A DNA stretch of 64,000 nucleotides from Thermoplasmata archaeon (GTDB taxonomy: Archaea > Thermoplasmatota > E2 > JACPAO01 > JAHFTW01): NCBI GenBank assembly GCA_023269235.1, contig JAHFTW010000002.1, positions 6,067-70,066 on the forward strand, in the 5' to 3' direction. Shown one piece after another: positions 1 to 8,728 of the stretch. The position numbers and the translations under genes are program-made. Below the pieces are notes generated by a model, which was not told where the DNA came from, did no database searches, and worked only from the letters and a program-made list of their open reading frames with translations. How positions within the stretch are numbered: the stretch's first letter is position 1; each line of letters starts with the position of its first letter.

Positions 1-1
1 G

Positions 2-811
2 CGCATCCCGACGCTGCTCATCCAGGGGATGCCGGACACGCTGTTCCCGCTCAACCAGGCCGTCGCGAACCTGCGCATCCTCGAGGCGAACAACGTCTCC
101 TCCTCCCTCTACACGCATCTGCGCGGCCACATCGCCAACACCGCCTCGCTGAAGCCGGGCACAGCCCCCCACGACGTCGGCCTGCAAGGCCTCCCCGGCG
201 GCGACCCGTGCGGCAAGGTCGTGGACCTCAGCATCCGCTGGCACCTCAAGTACCTCCTCGGCCAGAACGTCACGCCGATGCCGCGCGTCTGCCTCGCCCT
301 GGAGGATGAGACCACCGTGACGGGCGCCGCGTTCCCGCTCTCGGGCACGGAGATGCGCCCCATCGCCCTCGCCGGCCCGACCCCCATCGTGGAGGCGCCC
401 GCCGGCGCGAGCGTGAACCTCCCCTTGTTCACTCCGGACAAGGAGACCGTTGTCGCGGGCATCCCGCATCTCAAGGGGACCATCACGGCGGCCGGCGCGG
501 ACGCCATCGTCTACTTCAGCCTCCAGATCCCGGGCCGCAACGACCCCATCGAGTCCATCGTGGACGACCAGGTCTTCCCCATCCGCATCGCGGGCCCGGT
601 CGTCAACCAGCCCTTCGAGCTCGACCTCGGCGGCGTCGGCGTCCGGCTTGCCGCCGGCGAGGCGCTCGTCCTCACGGCAAGCACGGTGACGCCGATGTTC
701 TTCGGCAACGCGGAGCGCGAACCCGGAGCGGTCGTCCTTGACGGCCTCACCCTCGAGCTGCCCATCGTCCCCGCCGACGCGCCCGCGATGACGGCGACCG
801 CAGCGCCGTAG
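2..811 (+). CDS. C-terminal part of a CocE/NonD-like (X-Pro dipeptidyl-peptidase-type) hydrolase; 5' end outside the window
   Basis: Frame open from position 2 (RIPTLLIQGMPDTLFPLNQA...GH), typical of the hydrolase C-terminal half, followed by a beta-sandwich-like region. Confidence 0.55.
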   Translation, partial: RIPTLLIQGMPDTLFPLNQAVANLRILEANNVSSSLYTHLRGHIANTASLKPGTAPHDVGLQGLPGGDPCGKVVDLSIRWHLKYLLGQNVTPMPRVCLALEDETTVTGAAFPLSGTEMRPIALAGPTPIVEAPAGASVNLPLFTPDKETVVAGIPHLKGTITAAGADAIVYFSLQIPGRNDPIESIVDDQVFPIRIAGPVVNQPFELDLGGVGVRLAAGEALVLTASTVTPMFFGNAEREPGAVVLDGLTLELPIVPADAPAMTATAAP

Positions 812-836
812 GTTCACTCCCCCGGCGCCCTTTCAA

Positions 837-2303
837 GTGGCCCTGCGCCCTCGCGACATCGTGGAGTTGCCCGCTCCGTTCGCCGCCCGCGCCGCCCAGG
901 GCGCGGCCTGGGTGCGCGAGCAAGGAGCCGCCGGCCGCGCGGTCACGGTCGTCCACCACATCGACGCCGACGGGGTCACGGCGGGCGCCATCGCGGCCGA
1001 AGCGCTCGCGCGGACCGGCGTCGCCGCGCGGATGCGGCCGGTGAAGTCCTTGGACCAGCACCACGTGGACCAGCTTGTCGCCGAAGACCACCAGGCGTTC
1101 TGGTTCTGCGACCTCGGCTCGACGGCCTACATGCACTGCCCTGCGACGCCGAAGCTGGTGTGCGACCACCACCAACTGGTGCGCGACGGCGCGGAGGACT
1201 CCTTCCCGCACGTCAACCCCCTCCTCGACGGCCTCGACGGCGGCGAGGTCTCCGGCGCCGGCTGCTGCCTCGCCGTCGCCTTGGCCCTCGACCCCCGCAA
1301 CGTCGACCTCCTGCCCATCGCCCTCGTCGGCGCCACCGCCGACCGGCAGGACCGGCCCTTGCACGGCATCAACGCGCTCTACCTCGCGGCCGCGCAGAAG
1401 GTCGGCCTCGTCGACGCCGCCGTGGACCTCTCCTTCTTCGGCCCGGAGACCCGCGGCCTCGTGAAGTTCCTCACGCTCGCCAACGAGCCCGCCATCCCTG
1501 GCGTCGCCGGCGACGCGACGGGGGCCCAACGCCTCCTGCGCGACGCGGGAGTGGACGTGGACGCCGCCCGGACCTGGGGCGACCTGACCGAGCCGCAGCG
1601 CCGCGCGGTCCGCACCGCCCTCGTCACGCGTCTACTCGACGCCGGGCTCGCCGCGGAGATCCCGCGGCTCTGGCGCACGGTGGTCCGCATCCGGCGCGAG
1701 CCGCGCGGCCCGACGCGTGAATTGCAGGAGTTCGGCACTCTGCTCAACAGCACGGCGCGCTACGACCGCCCCGACGTCGGCATCGCCGTCGCACGCGGGG
1801 ACCGTGGGACCATGCTGGAGGAGGCGCTCGACCTCCTGGACGGCCACCGCAAGCACCTCGTCGGCGCCCTCGACGCCCTCGCCAAGAAGACCGTGCGCGA
1901 GACGGCGGCGCTGCAGTGGGTGGACCTGGAGGACGCCGTGCGCGACACCGTCGTCGGCATCGTGGCCGGCATGGCCCTCGGAAGCCTGGGCCTACGGCAG
2001 GACAAGCCGCTCATCGCCTTCGCGTGGACGCCGGACGGCCGCACCAAGGTCTCGTCGCGCGCCCCCCAGCAGCTCAAGGGCCGCATCGACCTCAGCGTCG
2101 CCGTCCGGGAGGCGGCGGCCGTGGTGGCGGGACAAGGGGGCGGCCATCCGGGCGCGGCGGGGGCGACGATCCCCCGGGGCGCGGAGGCGCGGTTCCTGGC
2201 CGCGCTCGACACGACTCTCGCAGGGCAGCTGGGACTCGCCTCCCCTACGGCCGCCCCTGCGGCGCCACGCGGGCCAAGCCGGCAAGCCAAACTGGCCGTC
2301 TAA
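837..2303 (+). CDS. DHH/DHHA1 phosphoesterase, archaeal RecJ/GAN (Cdc45-like) family
   Basis: Motifs HIDADG, CDLG, CDHH, SGAG, ADRQ, SSR and GGGHPGAAG; central insertion typical of archaeal RecJ homologs. Confidence 0.85.
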   Translation: MALRPRDIVELPAPFAARAAQGAAWVREQGAAGRAVTVVHHIDADGVTAGAIAAEALARTGVAARMRPVKSLDQHHVDQLVAEDHQAFWFCDLGSTAYMHCPATPKLVCDHHQLVRDGAEDSFPHVNPLLDGLDGGEVSGAGCCLAVALALDPRNVDLLPIALVGATADRQDRPLHGINALYLAAAQKVGLVDAAVDLSFFGPETRGLVKFLTLANEPAIPGVAGDATGAQRLLRDAGVDVDAARTWGDLTEPQRRAVRTALVTRLLDAGLAAEIPRLWRTVVRIRREPRGPTRELQEFGTLLNSTARYDRPDVGIAVARGDRGTMLEEALDLLDGHRKHLVGALDALAKKTVRETAALQWVDLEDAVRDTVVGIVAGMALGSLGLRQDKPLIAFAWTPDGRTKVSSRAPQQLKGRIDLSVAVREAAAVVAGQGGGHPGAAGATIPRGAEARFLAALDTTLAGQLGLASPTAAPAAPRGPSRQAKLAV

Positions 2304-2357
2304 AGACCGAGCAGCGCCCCAGTGGGACGCCAAGGAAGCGCTCCCTTTCCCCGAACG

Positions 2358-2374
2358 TATTCCTTTTTACGAAG
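2358..2374 (+). promoter_or_regulatory. putative archaeal TATA box for the proteasome gene pair
   Basis: AT-rich TTTTTA about 26-30 nt upstream of ATG 2395 in a GC-rich context; GGAG at 2388-2391. Confidence 0.45.
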
Positions 2375-2394
2375 TCCTGACCTAAACGGAGCCG

Positions 2395-3012
2395 ATGACA
2401 ACCACGGTCGGCATCAAGACGCCCGAAGGCATCATCCTGGCGACGGACCGCCGCGCCACGATGGGCTACTATGTCGCGGACAAGGACGTCGTCAAGATCG
2501 AGCCGCTCGACGACGACTCCGCCATCACCATCGCGGGCTCGGTCGCGCAAGCCCAGGCCTACGCCCACCTGCTCCGTCTCAACCTGGAGCTGTTCCGCAC
2601 GCGCCGCGGCTGGCCCCTGTCGCCCGCCGAGCTGGCGAAGCTCGCCTCCTACTCCATCCAGCGCTCCGGCGGCGTGTACGGCCAGTTCATCCTCGCCACG
2701 CGCGGTGCCGACGGCACCCACCTCTGGGACGTCGGCGGCGACGGCTCGCTCATCACCAAGAAGGACTTCACCGTCACCGGCTCCGGCACCGGCCCCGCCG
2801 TGGGCGTGCTCGAGTCCGCGGAGTGGTCCAAGATCAAGGGCCTGAAGGACGCCACCGAGCTCGCCAAGCGCGCCGTGCGCGCCTCGACCCAGCGCGACGT
2901 CGCGTCGGGCAACGGCTTCGTCGTCTACACGCTCCCCAACTCCGGCCCCTCCAAGCTGCAGACCTTCACGTTCAGCACCGAGGTCACCGAGGACACGGAG
3001 GTGGCCAAGTGA
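2395..3012 (+). CDS. proteasome beta-type subunit (Ntn threonine peptidase) without a propeptide
   Basis: Begins M-TTTVGIK; has D17, K33, TGSG and RDVASG; in-frame TAA at 2383-2385 excludes an N-terminal extension. Confidence 0.88.
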   Translation: MTTTVGIKTPEGIILATDRRATMGYYVADKDVVKIEPLDDDSAITIAGSVAQAQAYAHLLRLNLELFRTRRGWPLSPAELAKLASYSIQRSGGVYGQFILATRGADGTHLWDVGGDGSLITKKDFTVTGSGTGPAVGVLESAEWSKIKGLKDATELAKRAVRASTQRDVASGNGFVVYTLPNSGPSKLQTFTFSTEVTEDTEVAK

Positions 3013-3674
3013 AGCCCCCCGTGGACATGGCGTACCTGCACTTCGACGAGTCCGGCGCGGTGCCCGCCATCAAGTTCGCCCGCATCGCCGTCGCGATGGG
3101 CCTCCCCATCCTGGCCGCGAAGACGGACAAGGAAGTGGTCGTGGCGACCGTCAACCGCGACGGCGCCCAACTCTTCACCGGCGCGGAGAAGTCCATCCAG
3201 GTCAGCAAGGACTGCGTCGTCCTCGTCACCGGCCACGGCGGCGACACGAACCAGATCCGCCAGACCCTGCGCGACCTGGCCGTCAACCACAAGTTCGTCC
3301 TCGGCTCCGAGGTCTCCCCGAAGGAGGTCAGCCTCGCGCTCAGCGACTACCTGCACCAGCTCGGCATGAGCTACCGCCGCCCGCTCGGAGTCGGCATCAT
3401 CGTCGCCGGCTTTGACCGCTCCGGGCTGGCGCCCGTCATCTATCACTGCGACGTGGACGGCAACGCCACGGACCGCGTCGGCATCGCGCTCGGCAAGGGT
3501 TCCAGCGAGGCCGAGCATGTTCTCGCCGAGGCGCTCAAGGCGAAGAAGCCCCTTGAGGCCGCCATCAAGGCCGCCGCCGAGGCCACCATCAAGGGCATGA
3601 AGGAGTCCAACGTGGACATCGCGTCCCAGAGCTTCCGCGTGGACGTGGAAGTGCTGAAGTCCTCGATGAAGTAG
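3009..3674 (+). CDS. divergent proteasome alpha-type subunit
   Basis: GTG overlaps the beta stop (GTGA). VDMAYLHFDESGAVPAIKFARIAV aligns to the alpha H0 signature [24 protein letters not shown]; also RPLGVGIIVAGFD, CDVDG and ALGKG. Confidence 0.8.
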   Translation: MKPPVDMAYLHFDESGAVPAIKFARIAVAMGLPILAAKTDKEVVVATVNRDGAQLFTGAEKSIQVSKDCVVLVTGHGGDTNQIRQTLRDLAVNHKFVLGSEVSPKEVSLALSDYLHQLGMSYRRPLGVGIIVAGFDRSGLAPVIYHCDVDGNATDRVGIALGKGSSEAEHVLAEALKAKKPLEAAIKAAAEATIKGMKESNVDIASQSFRVDVEVLKSSMK

Positions 3675-3736
3675 GCCACCCCGCGCACCGTTTCGCTTCG
3701 CAAGCCTGAAGGGCGCGCCTCGGCCTGGAGCATCCC

Positions 3737-4393
3737 ATGCAAGAGGGCATCGGGCGCGGCGGCTACCGCGTCCTCGCGACCGTCTTCCTCGGCCTCGGGC
3801 TCCTCGGGCTCGCGAGCCTCATCCTGGCCTGGGCGCGCGATTCGGTGCCCGCCCTCGTCCTCGGCATCGCCCTCGTCAGCGTCGCCTTGGTCGTGCTCTT
3901 CGTCCTTGCCCTGCGCGCTTTGGCGGGCGCCAACCCCGGCCCCGCCAGCGCAGGCGTTCCGCCCAGCAGCCGCGTCCTCGACCTCGACTACCTCGAAGCG
4001 GACGAAGGCCTGGAGGCCGACGGCGCGAGTCCGGCCGAGCCCGGCGAGCGCATCCCCGTCCCCCCGAACCGCAACCTCGTCGCCGACACGAAAGGCTGGC
4101 CCTCCCGCAAGGGACCCACCGGCGTGACGCGCGGCGAGGCGAAGAAGCGCGAGGCGGGCCGCCCCGTCGAGTTCGCGCCGGTCCCCGGCCGGGTCGCGGT
4201 CCCGAAGGCGAGCCTGCGCAGCCCGAGCGAGCCTCCGACGGTGCTGGCGCGCGAGACGAGCCGCAACGCCAAGGCCCCCGAGGGCATGGCGAAGGGCCAG
4301 TGCGGCACCTGCGGCATCATCCTGCTCGCCCCCAAGGTGCGCCCCCTCAAGCTGCGCTGCCCGAAGTGCCAGAAAGTGACGACGCTGTCCTGA
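3737..4393 (+). CDS. two-TM membrane protein with a C-terminal zinc ribbon
   Basis: Two N-terminal hydrophobic helices; C-terminal CGTC...CPKC. Confidence 0.7.
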   Translation: MQEGIGRGGYRVLATVFLGLGLLGLASLILAWARDSVPALVLGIALVSVALVVLFVLALRALAGANPGPASAGVPPSSRVLDLDYLEADEGLEADGASPAEPGERIPVPPNRNLVADTKGWPSRKGPTGVTRGEAKKREAGRPVEFAPVPGRVAVPKASLRSPSEPPTVLARETSRNAKAPEGMAKGQCGTCGIILLAPKVRPLKLRCPKCQKVTTLS

Positions 4394-4438
4394 GGGGCAG
4401 GCGTCGCGGCTAAACCGGGGCGCCGCGTCGCACGACGT

Positions 4439-6223
4439 GTGAGCCAGGTCCAGGTCACGCTCGACGTCACGCGCCCGCAGACGCACCTCGTCCGCGTCAC
4501 CCTGCGGCTCCCCGCCGCCCCCGGCAAGGAGCGCACCCTCCTCATGCCGGCGTGGGTACCGGGCTCCTACAAGATCCGCGACTTCGGCCGCAACGTCCAG
4601 AACCTCACGGCCACCGTCGCGGGGAAGCCCGCCAAGGTCCAGCACCCGACAAAGGACTCCTGGGTCGTGCGCGCCGACGGGGAGGCCGTCACGCTCCAGT
4701 ACGCGGTGTACGCCCGCGAGCTCGCCGTCCAGGAGAGCCACGTCACCGCCGACCACGCGCACCTCTTCCCCGCGACGATGGTCCTGTACGACGCGCACAG
4801 CCGCGGCCTCCCGCACAAGCTCACCGTCCGCCGGCCGAAGGGCTGGTCCCTGTGGTCCGGCCTCGAGACCGCCCGCCTCGACGGCACGCTCGCCGTCGCC
4901 ACGGACTTCGACCATCTCATCGACTGCCCCGTCGAGTGCGGCCCCGCCTCCGACTACCAAGTGCGCCGCTTCATGGTGCGCGGCAAGCCGCACCGCCACG
5001 TCGTCTGGCGTGCCCCCGCCGGCGTGGACTGGACGCGCGTGGACCGCGACATGGCGGCCATCGTGAAGGAGACCGTGGCGCTCTGGGGCGAGGCGCCCTA
5101 CCCGCACTACACGTTCCTCAGCCTCGTCGCCGTGGACGGGGGCGGCGGCCTGGAGCACCGCAACTCTACCGTGCTCGGCGTGGACCCGAGCCACCTGCTG
5201 GCTGAGGAGAAGCTCGTGACGCGCTTCCTGCCACTGGTCGCGCACGAGTTCTTCCACACCTGGAACGTCAAGCGCATCCTCCCTGCCGCGTTCCAGCCCT
5301 ACCCGCTGCAGCGCGAGGCGTACACGGACCTGCTGTGGCTCTTCGAGGGCTTCACCAGCTACTACGAGATCCCCCTCCTGCACCGCGCCAAGGTCGTGGA
5401 GCCCGAGGCGTGGACGAAGATCGTCGCCGAGGACCTGGAGGCCTACCACAAGGCGCTCGGACGGCGCCGCATCAGCGTCGCCGAGGCGAGCCGCCTCACC
5501 TGGACGCTCCTCTACCAGCCGCACGAGCACAACGTCAACCGCAACGTCTCCTACTACACGAAGGGGATGTGGGTGGGGCTCTGCCTGGACGCGGAGCTGC
5601 GCCGCCGCGGCGTCCAGGACGGCCTCGACGCCGTGATGCGGCATCTCTGGCGCAAGCACGGCAAGACGGGCGTGGGCGTCACGGACGACGCGTTCCCGGA
5701 CGTGGTGGAGCAGGCGACCGGCGTCAATTTGCGCGCCAAGCTCGCCGCGTGGACGCAGGGCACGGAGGAGCTTCCCCTCGTGGCCTCCTTCAAAGTCCTT
5801 GGACTCGACCTCATCGCCGACTGGAAGGACCCGAAGAAGCGCCTCGGCCTCGGCCTGGAGTTCAAGCCTGGCGGTTCGGTCATCGCGCGCCTCTGGGAGG
5901 ACCGTCCTGCCGCAGTTGTCCTGCAACCCGACGACGAGGTCGTGGCGGCGCTCGGGTACAAGTGGAACGCCGAGGCCTTCGCGGAGCGCGTGGCCGCCAA
6001 GAAGCCCGGCGAGGTCGTCGAGATGGCGGTCTTCCGGGAGGGCCGCCTGCGCGCGTTCCAGGTCCCGCTCTCCGAGGCACCGAAGGAGAAGTTCACCCTG
6101 AAGCCGCGCAAAGGCGCCGCCGCGACGCGCGCCCGCAAGGCCTGGCTTGGCGAGGGCCGACCGTCCTCCGGGAAGGCGCCTTCGGGGCCCGCGAAGCCGC
6201 GCGGCCGCCACACCCGCTATTGA
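4439..6223 (+). CDS. M61 family (glycyl) aminopeptidase with a PDZ-like C-terminus
   Basis: PAWVPGSY, GGGLEH, HEFFHTWN, LWLFEGFTSYY and SYYTKG motifs. Confidence 0.9.
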   Translation: MSQVQVTLDVTRPQTHLVRVTLRLPAAPGKERTLLMPAWVPGSYKIRDFGRNVQNLTATVAGKPAKVQHPTKDSWVVRADGEAVTLQYAVYARELAVQESHVTADHAHLFPATMVLYDAHSRGLPHKLTVRRPKGWSLWSGLETARLDGTLAVATDFDHLIDCPVECGPASDYQVRRFMVRGKPHRHVVWRAPAGVDWTRVDRDMAAIVKETVALWGEAPYPHYTFLSLVAVDGGGGLEHRNSTVLGVDPSHLLAEEKLVTRFLPLVAHEFFHTWNVKRILPAAFQPYPLQREAYTDLLWLFEGFTSYYEIPLLHRAKVVEPEAWTKIVAEDLEAYHKALGRRRISVAEASRLTWTLLYQPHEHNVNRNVSYYTKGMWVGLCLDAELRRRGVQDGLDAVMRHLWRKHGKTGVGVTDDAFPDVVEQATGVNLRAKLAAWTQGTEELPLVASFKVLGLDLIADWKDPKKRLGLGLEFKPGGSVIARLWEDRPAAVVLQPDDEVVAALGYKWNAEAFAERVAAKKPGEVVEMAVFREGRLRAFQVPLSEAPKEKFTLKPRKGAAATRARKAWLGEGRPSSGKAPSGPAKPRGRHTRY

Positions 6224-6297
6224 GCCTCCCGCCCCCCTCCCCCACATTTGCAGGGCTCCGCCACAGCGTTTATCCTCCCCCCGCCGACGTTCCGGTC

Positions 6298-6894
6298 GTG
6301 CTTGCCCGCCTTGTGGCCCTTCTCGCCTTCACGGCCCTCCTGGCCGGCTGCGCAAGCGCGCCCGCCGAGCCCGTGGCCGACGCCGTGGACGGAGCCTCCG
6401 TCACGGCCGTGCGCGTCGTCCCGGTGAACCACACCGTCGACTGGCAAGGTGCCCTCACGTCGCAACCCTGCGACCCGCGCGGCGGCAACCCCTGCGACCA
6501 CCCGCGCGCGACCCTTCCCGGCTCCCAGGTCGGCTTCCAGGCCGCGAGCAGCACCCGCATCGTCTCCGACAAGCAGGCCTTGCTGTGGCGCATGCACGGG
6601 AAGCTGCGCATCGAGGCCTCCACGCCGCAGCCGGAGGTCGGCCTGAAGGTCTTCGTCACCCGCCCCGACGGCGGCCACGAGCGACTGGTCCTGGAGGCGT
6701 CCGGCACCGACGAGATCCTCGTCAAGAGCCAGGATCTTTACCTCGAGGAAGGGGAGCGCGATTTGCACCTGGTCCTCGAGATCGCCCAGGACTACGAGTC
6801 CACGGCCGCCAAGCCAGTCCGATTCGACGGGATCCTCGTCGCGCAGGCCTTCGTGGACGCCGGAGACGCCCCCATCATCATCCGGCAAGAGTAG
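6298..6894 (+). CDS. putative lipoprotein
   Basis: GTG start, hydrophobic stretch ending in LAGC lipobox; TTTATC about 25 nt upstream. Confidence 0.65.
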   Translation: MLARLVALLAFTALLAGCASAPAEPVADAVDGASVTAVRVVPVNHTVDWQGALTSQPCDPRGGNPCDHPRATLPGSQVGFQAASSTRIVSDKQALLWRMHGKLRIEASTPQPEVGLKVFVTRPDGGHERLVLEASGTDEILVKSQDLYLEEGERDLHLVLEIAQDYESTAAKPVRFDGILVAQAFVDAGDAPIIIRQE

Positions 6895-6966
6895 CTCTCT
6901 CGGGACCTCTCCCCGCCCGCCCCCACCCCGCCTCGGGCGCGCTCGGTCTCCCGTTCGCCAAGCCTT

Positions 6967-8697
6967 TTGTCGCCCACGCCGAACCACGTTCACGTGAGCC
7001 TCCCCCCCGGCATCTCCTGGCAGCCCTGGGAGGCGGCCAGCTTTGCCGCGGCAACGCGGGAGAGGAAGCCCATCTTCGTCAACGTCGCCGCAGGCTGGTG
7101 CCATTGGTGCCACGTCATGGACGCGGAGACCTTCTCCGACCCTGCCGTCCAGGACGCCCTGGCGGCGTTCGTCGCCATCCGCGTGGACGCCGACGCCCGC
7201 CCCGACCTGGCCGAGCGCTACGCCGACTGGGGATGGCCCGCCAACGCCATCTTGACGCCCGACGCCCAGCCCGTGGTGGAGCTGCGTGGCCACCAGGAGA
7301 AGAAACCGTTCCGCGACCTCCTGCTCGACGTCGCCGGGAAGGCGCGCGCCGGCTCGCTGACGGGCCGCATCGCGCCGCCTTCACCCCCGCCCGTCACGGG
7401 CGAGCTGGCGCTCCTGCGCGAGCGGATCGAAGAGCAGCTCGCCTCCTACTACGACCGGCAGGCCGGCGGCTGGGGCGGATACCAGAAATACCCGCACCCG
7501 GGCCCGCTCGAGCACGCCTGGCTCCAGCATTCCCGCGGCGAGCAGGTCGGGCGGCGGCGCGGCGGGCACACCCTCGACGGGATGATCCACCTCGTGGACA
7601 CGGTGTGGGGCGCGTGCTATCAGTACTCCACCGACCATGACTGGAAGCACCCGCACTACGAGGCGATTGCGCCGGTCCAGGCCGCTGCCCTTGCCTCCTT
7701 TACGCAGGGCTGGCAACGGCGAGGGCACCCGATGTGGCTGCGCTGCGCCGAGGCTGTGCGTGGCTACATCCTCACCTGGCTCGCCTCCCCGGAGGGCCCG
7801 TTCTACACGAGCCAGGACGCCGACGCGACGCGCCCCGACGGCACCACGATGAAGGGGTCGCGCTACCACGCGCTCGACGACGCCGGCCGCCGCAAGGTGG
7901 GCCTCCCCAAGCTCGACCGGTCCGTCTACGCGGACTGGAACGGCCTCCTCGTCCACGCCCTGGCCCGCCACGCCGACGCCACCGGTGACGCGGCCAGCCT
8001 CACGGCCGCCCTGCGCGCCGCGCGCGGCGTCCTCGCGACGCACCGCGAGCCGGGCGGCGCGTTCCGCCACGCGGCGGGGCCCGACCGGGTCCTCCACCTG
8101 CGCGACAACGCCGCGATGGGCCGCGCCTTCCTCGCTCTCGCCAGCTCGACCGGCGACGCGGCGTGGCTCGCCGAGGCCGAACGCGTCGCGCGCTGGCTCC
8201 TGCGCGACCTCGCGGCGCCCGACGGCGGGTTCTGGGCGCACACGCCCGACCCCGCCGCGGCCGGTGTCTTCGCGCAGCGGCGCCGCCCGCTCGAGGACAA
8301 CGGCCTCGCCATCCGCTTCCTCGTCGAGCTGTCCTGGCGCACCCAGGACGAGGCGCTCGCCGCCTCCGGCTTCGCCGCGGCCGAGCAGGCCGCCCGTGCC
8401 CTCGGGGACTCCCGCACGGTCGCGCCGGAGGCGAACCTGGTCGGCCAGTTCCTCCTCGGCATCGAATGGCTGCTGCTCGCGCCCGCGAAGGCGGTCGTTG
8501 TCGGCGCCGGCGCGGACCACCCGCTCTGGAAGGCCGCCCTCGCCCTCGACGCGCCGGCCCTCGTGGTGCGCGCGGCCCATCCGGAAGAGTATCCCGCCAC
8601 GCCGTCGCCGGCGGTGTACCTGTGCCGCGGCAACGCCTGCAGCCGCCCCGTCACCACGCCTGCGGCCCTCGGCGACGAGCTGGCGCGCCTGCCGTAG
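6967..8697 (+). CDS. thioredoxin-domain protein, YyaL/SSP411 (DUF255) family
   Basis: WCHWCHVM, GWPAN, SQDAD, DWNGL, DNA motifs and C-terminal YLCRGNACSRP. Confidence 0.88.
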   Translation: MSPTPNHVHVSLPPGISWQPWEAASFAAATRERKPIFVNVAAGWCHWCHVMDAETFSDPAVQDALAAFVAIRVDADARPDLAERYADWGWPANAILTPDAQPVVELRGHQEKKPFRDLLLDVAGKARAGSLTGRIAPPSPPPVTGELALLRERIEEQLASYYDRQAGGWGGYQKYPHPGPLEHAWLQHSRGEQVGRRRGGHTLDGMIHLVDTVWGACYQYSTDHDWKHPHYEAIAPVQAAALASFTQGWQRRGHPMWLRCAEAVRGYILTWLASPEGPFYTSQDADATRPDGTTMKGSRYHALDDAGRRKVGLPKLDRSVYADWNGLLVHALARHADATGDAASLTAALRAARGVLATHREPGGAFRHAAGPDRVLHLRDNAAMGRAFLALASSTGDAAWLAEAERVARWLLRDLAAPDGGFWAHTPDPAAAGVFAQRRRPLEDNGLAIRFLVELSWRTQDEALAASGFAAAEQAARALGDSRTVAPEANLVGQFLLGIEWLLLAPAKAVVVGAGADHPLWKAALALDAPALVVRAAHPEEYPATPSPAVYLCRGNACSRPVTTPAALGDELARLP

Positions 8698-8728
8698 CTT
8701 CATCCGGAGGGTCGGCCTGCCGCGCCTG

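Noticed and set aside
2322-3008. N-terminal half of the 450-aa ORF, suggesting a long alpha subunit
   Set aside because: Arg/His-rich off-frame translation overlapping the beta gene. Alpha similarity starts at GTG 3009.
3443-6247. 934-aa minus-strand ORF and many similar long antisense or shifted ORFs (for example 11761-14484, 28623-30686, 33763-36015)
   Set aside because: Shadow ORFs of high-GC coding sequence. They overlap genes with clear family motifs and have none of their own.
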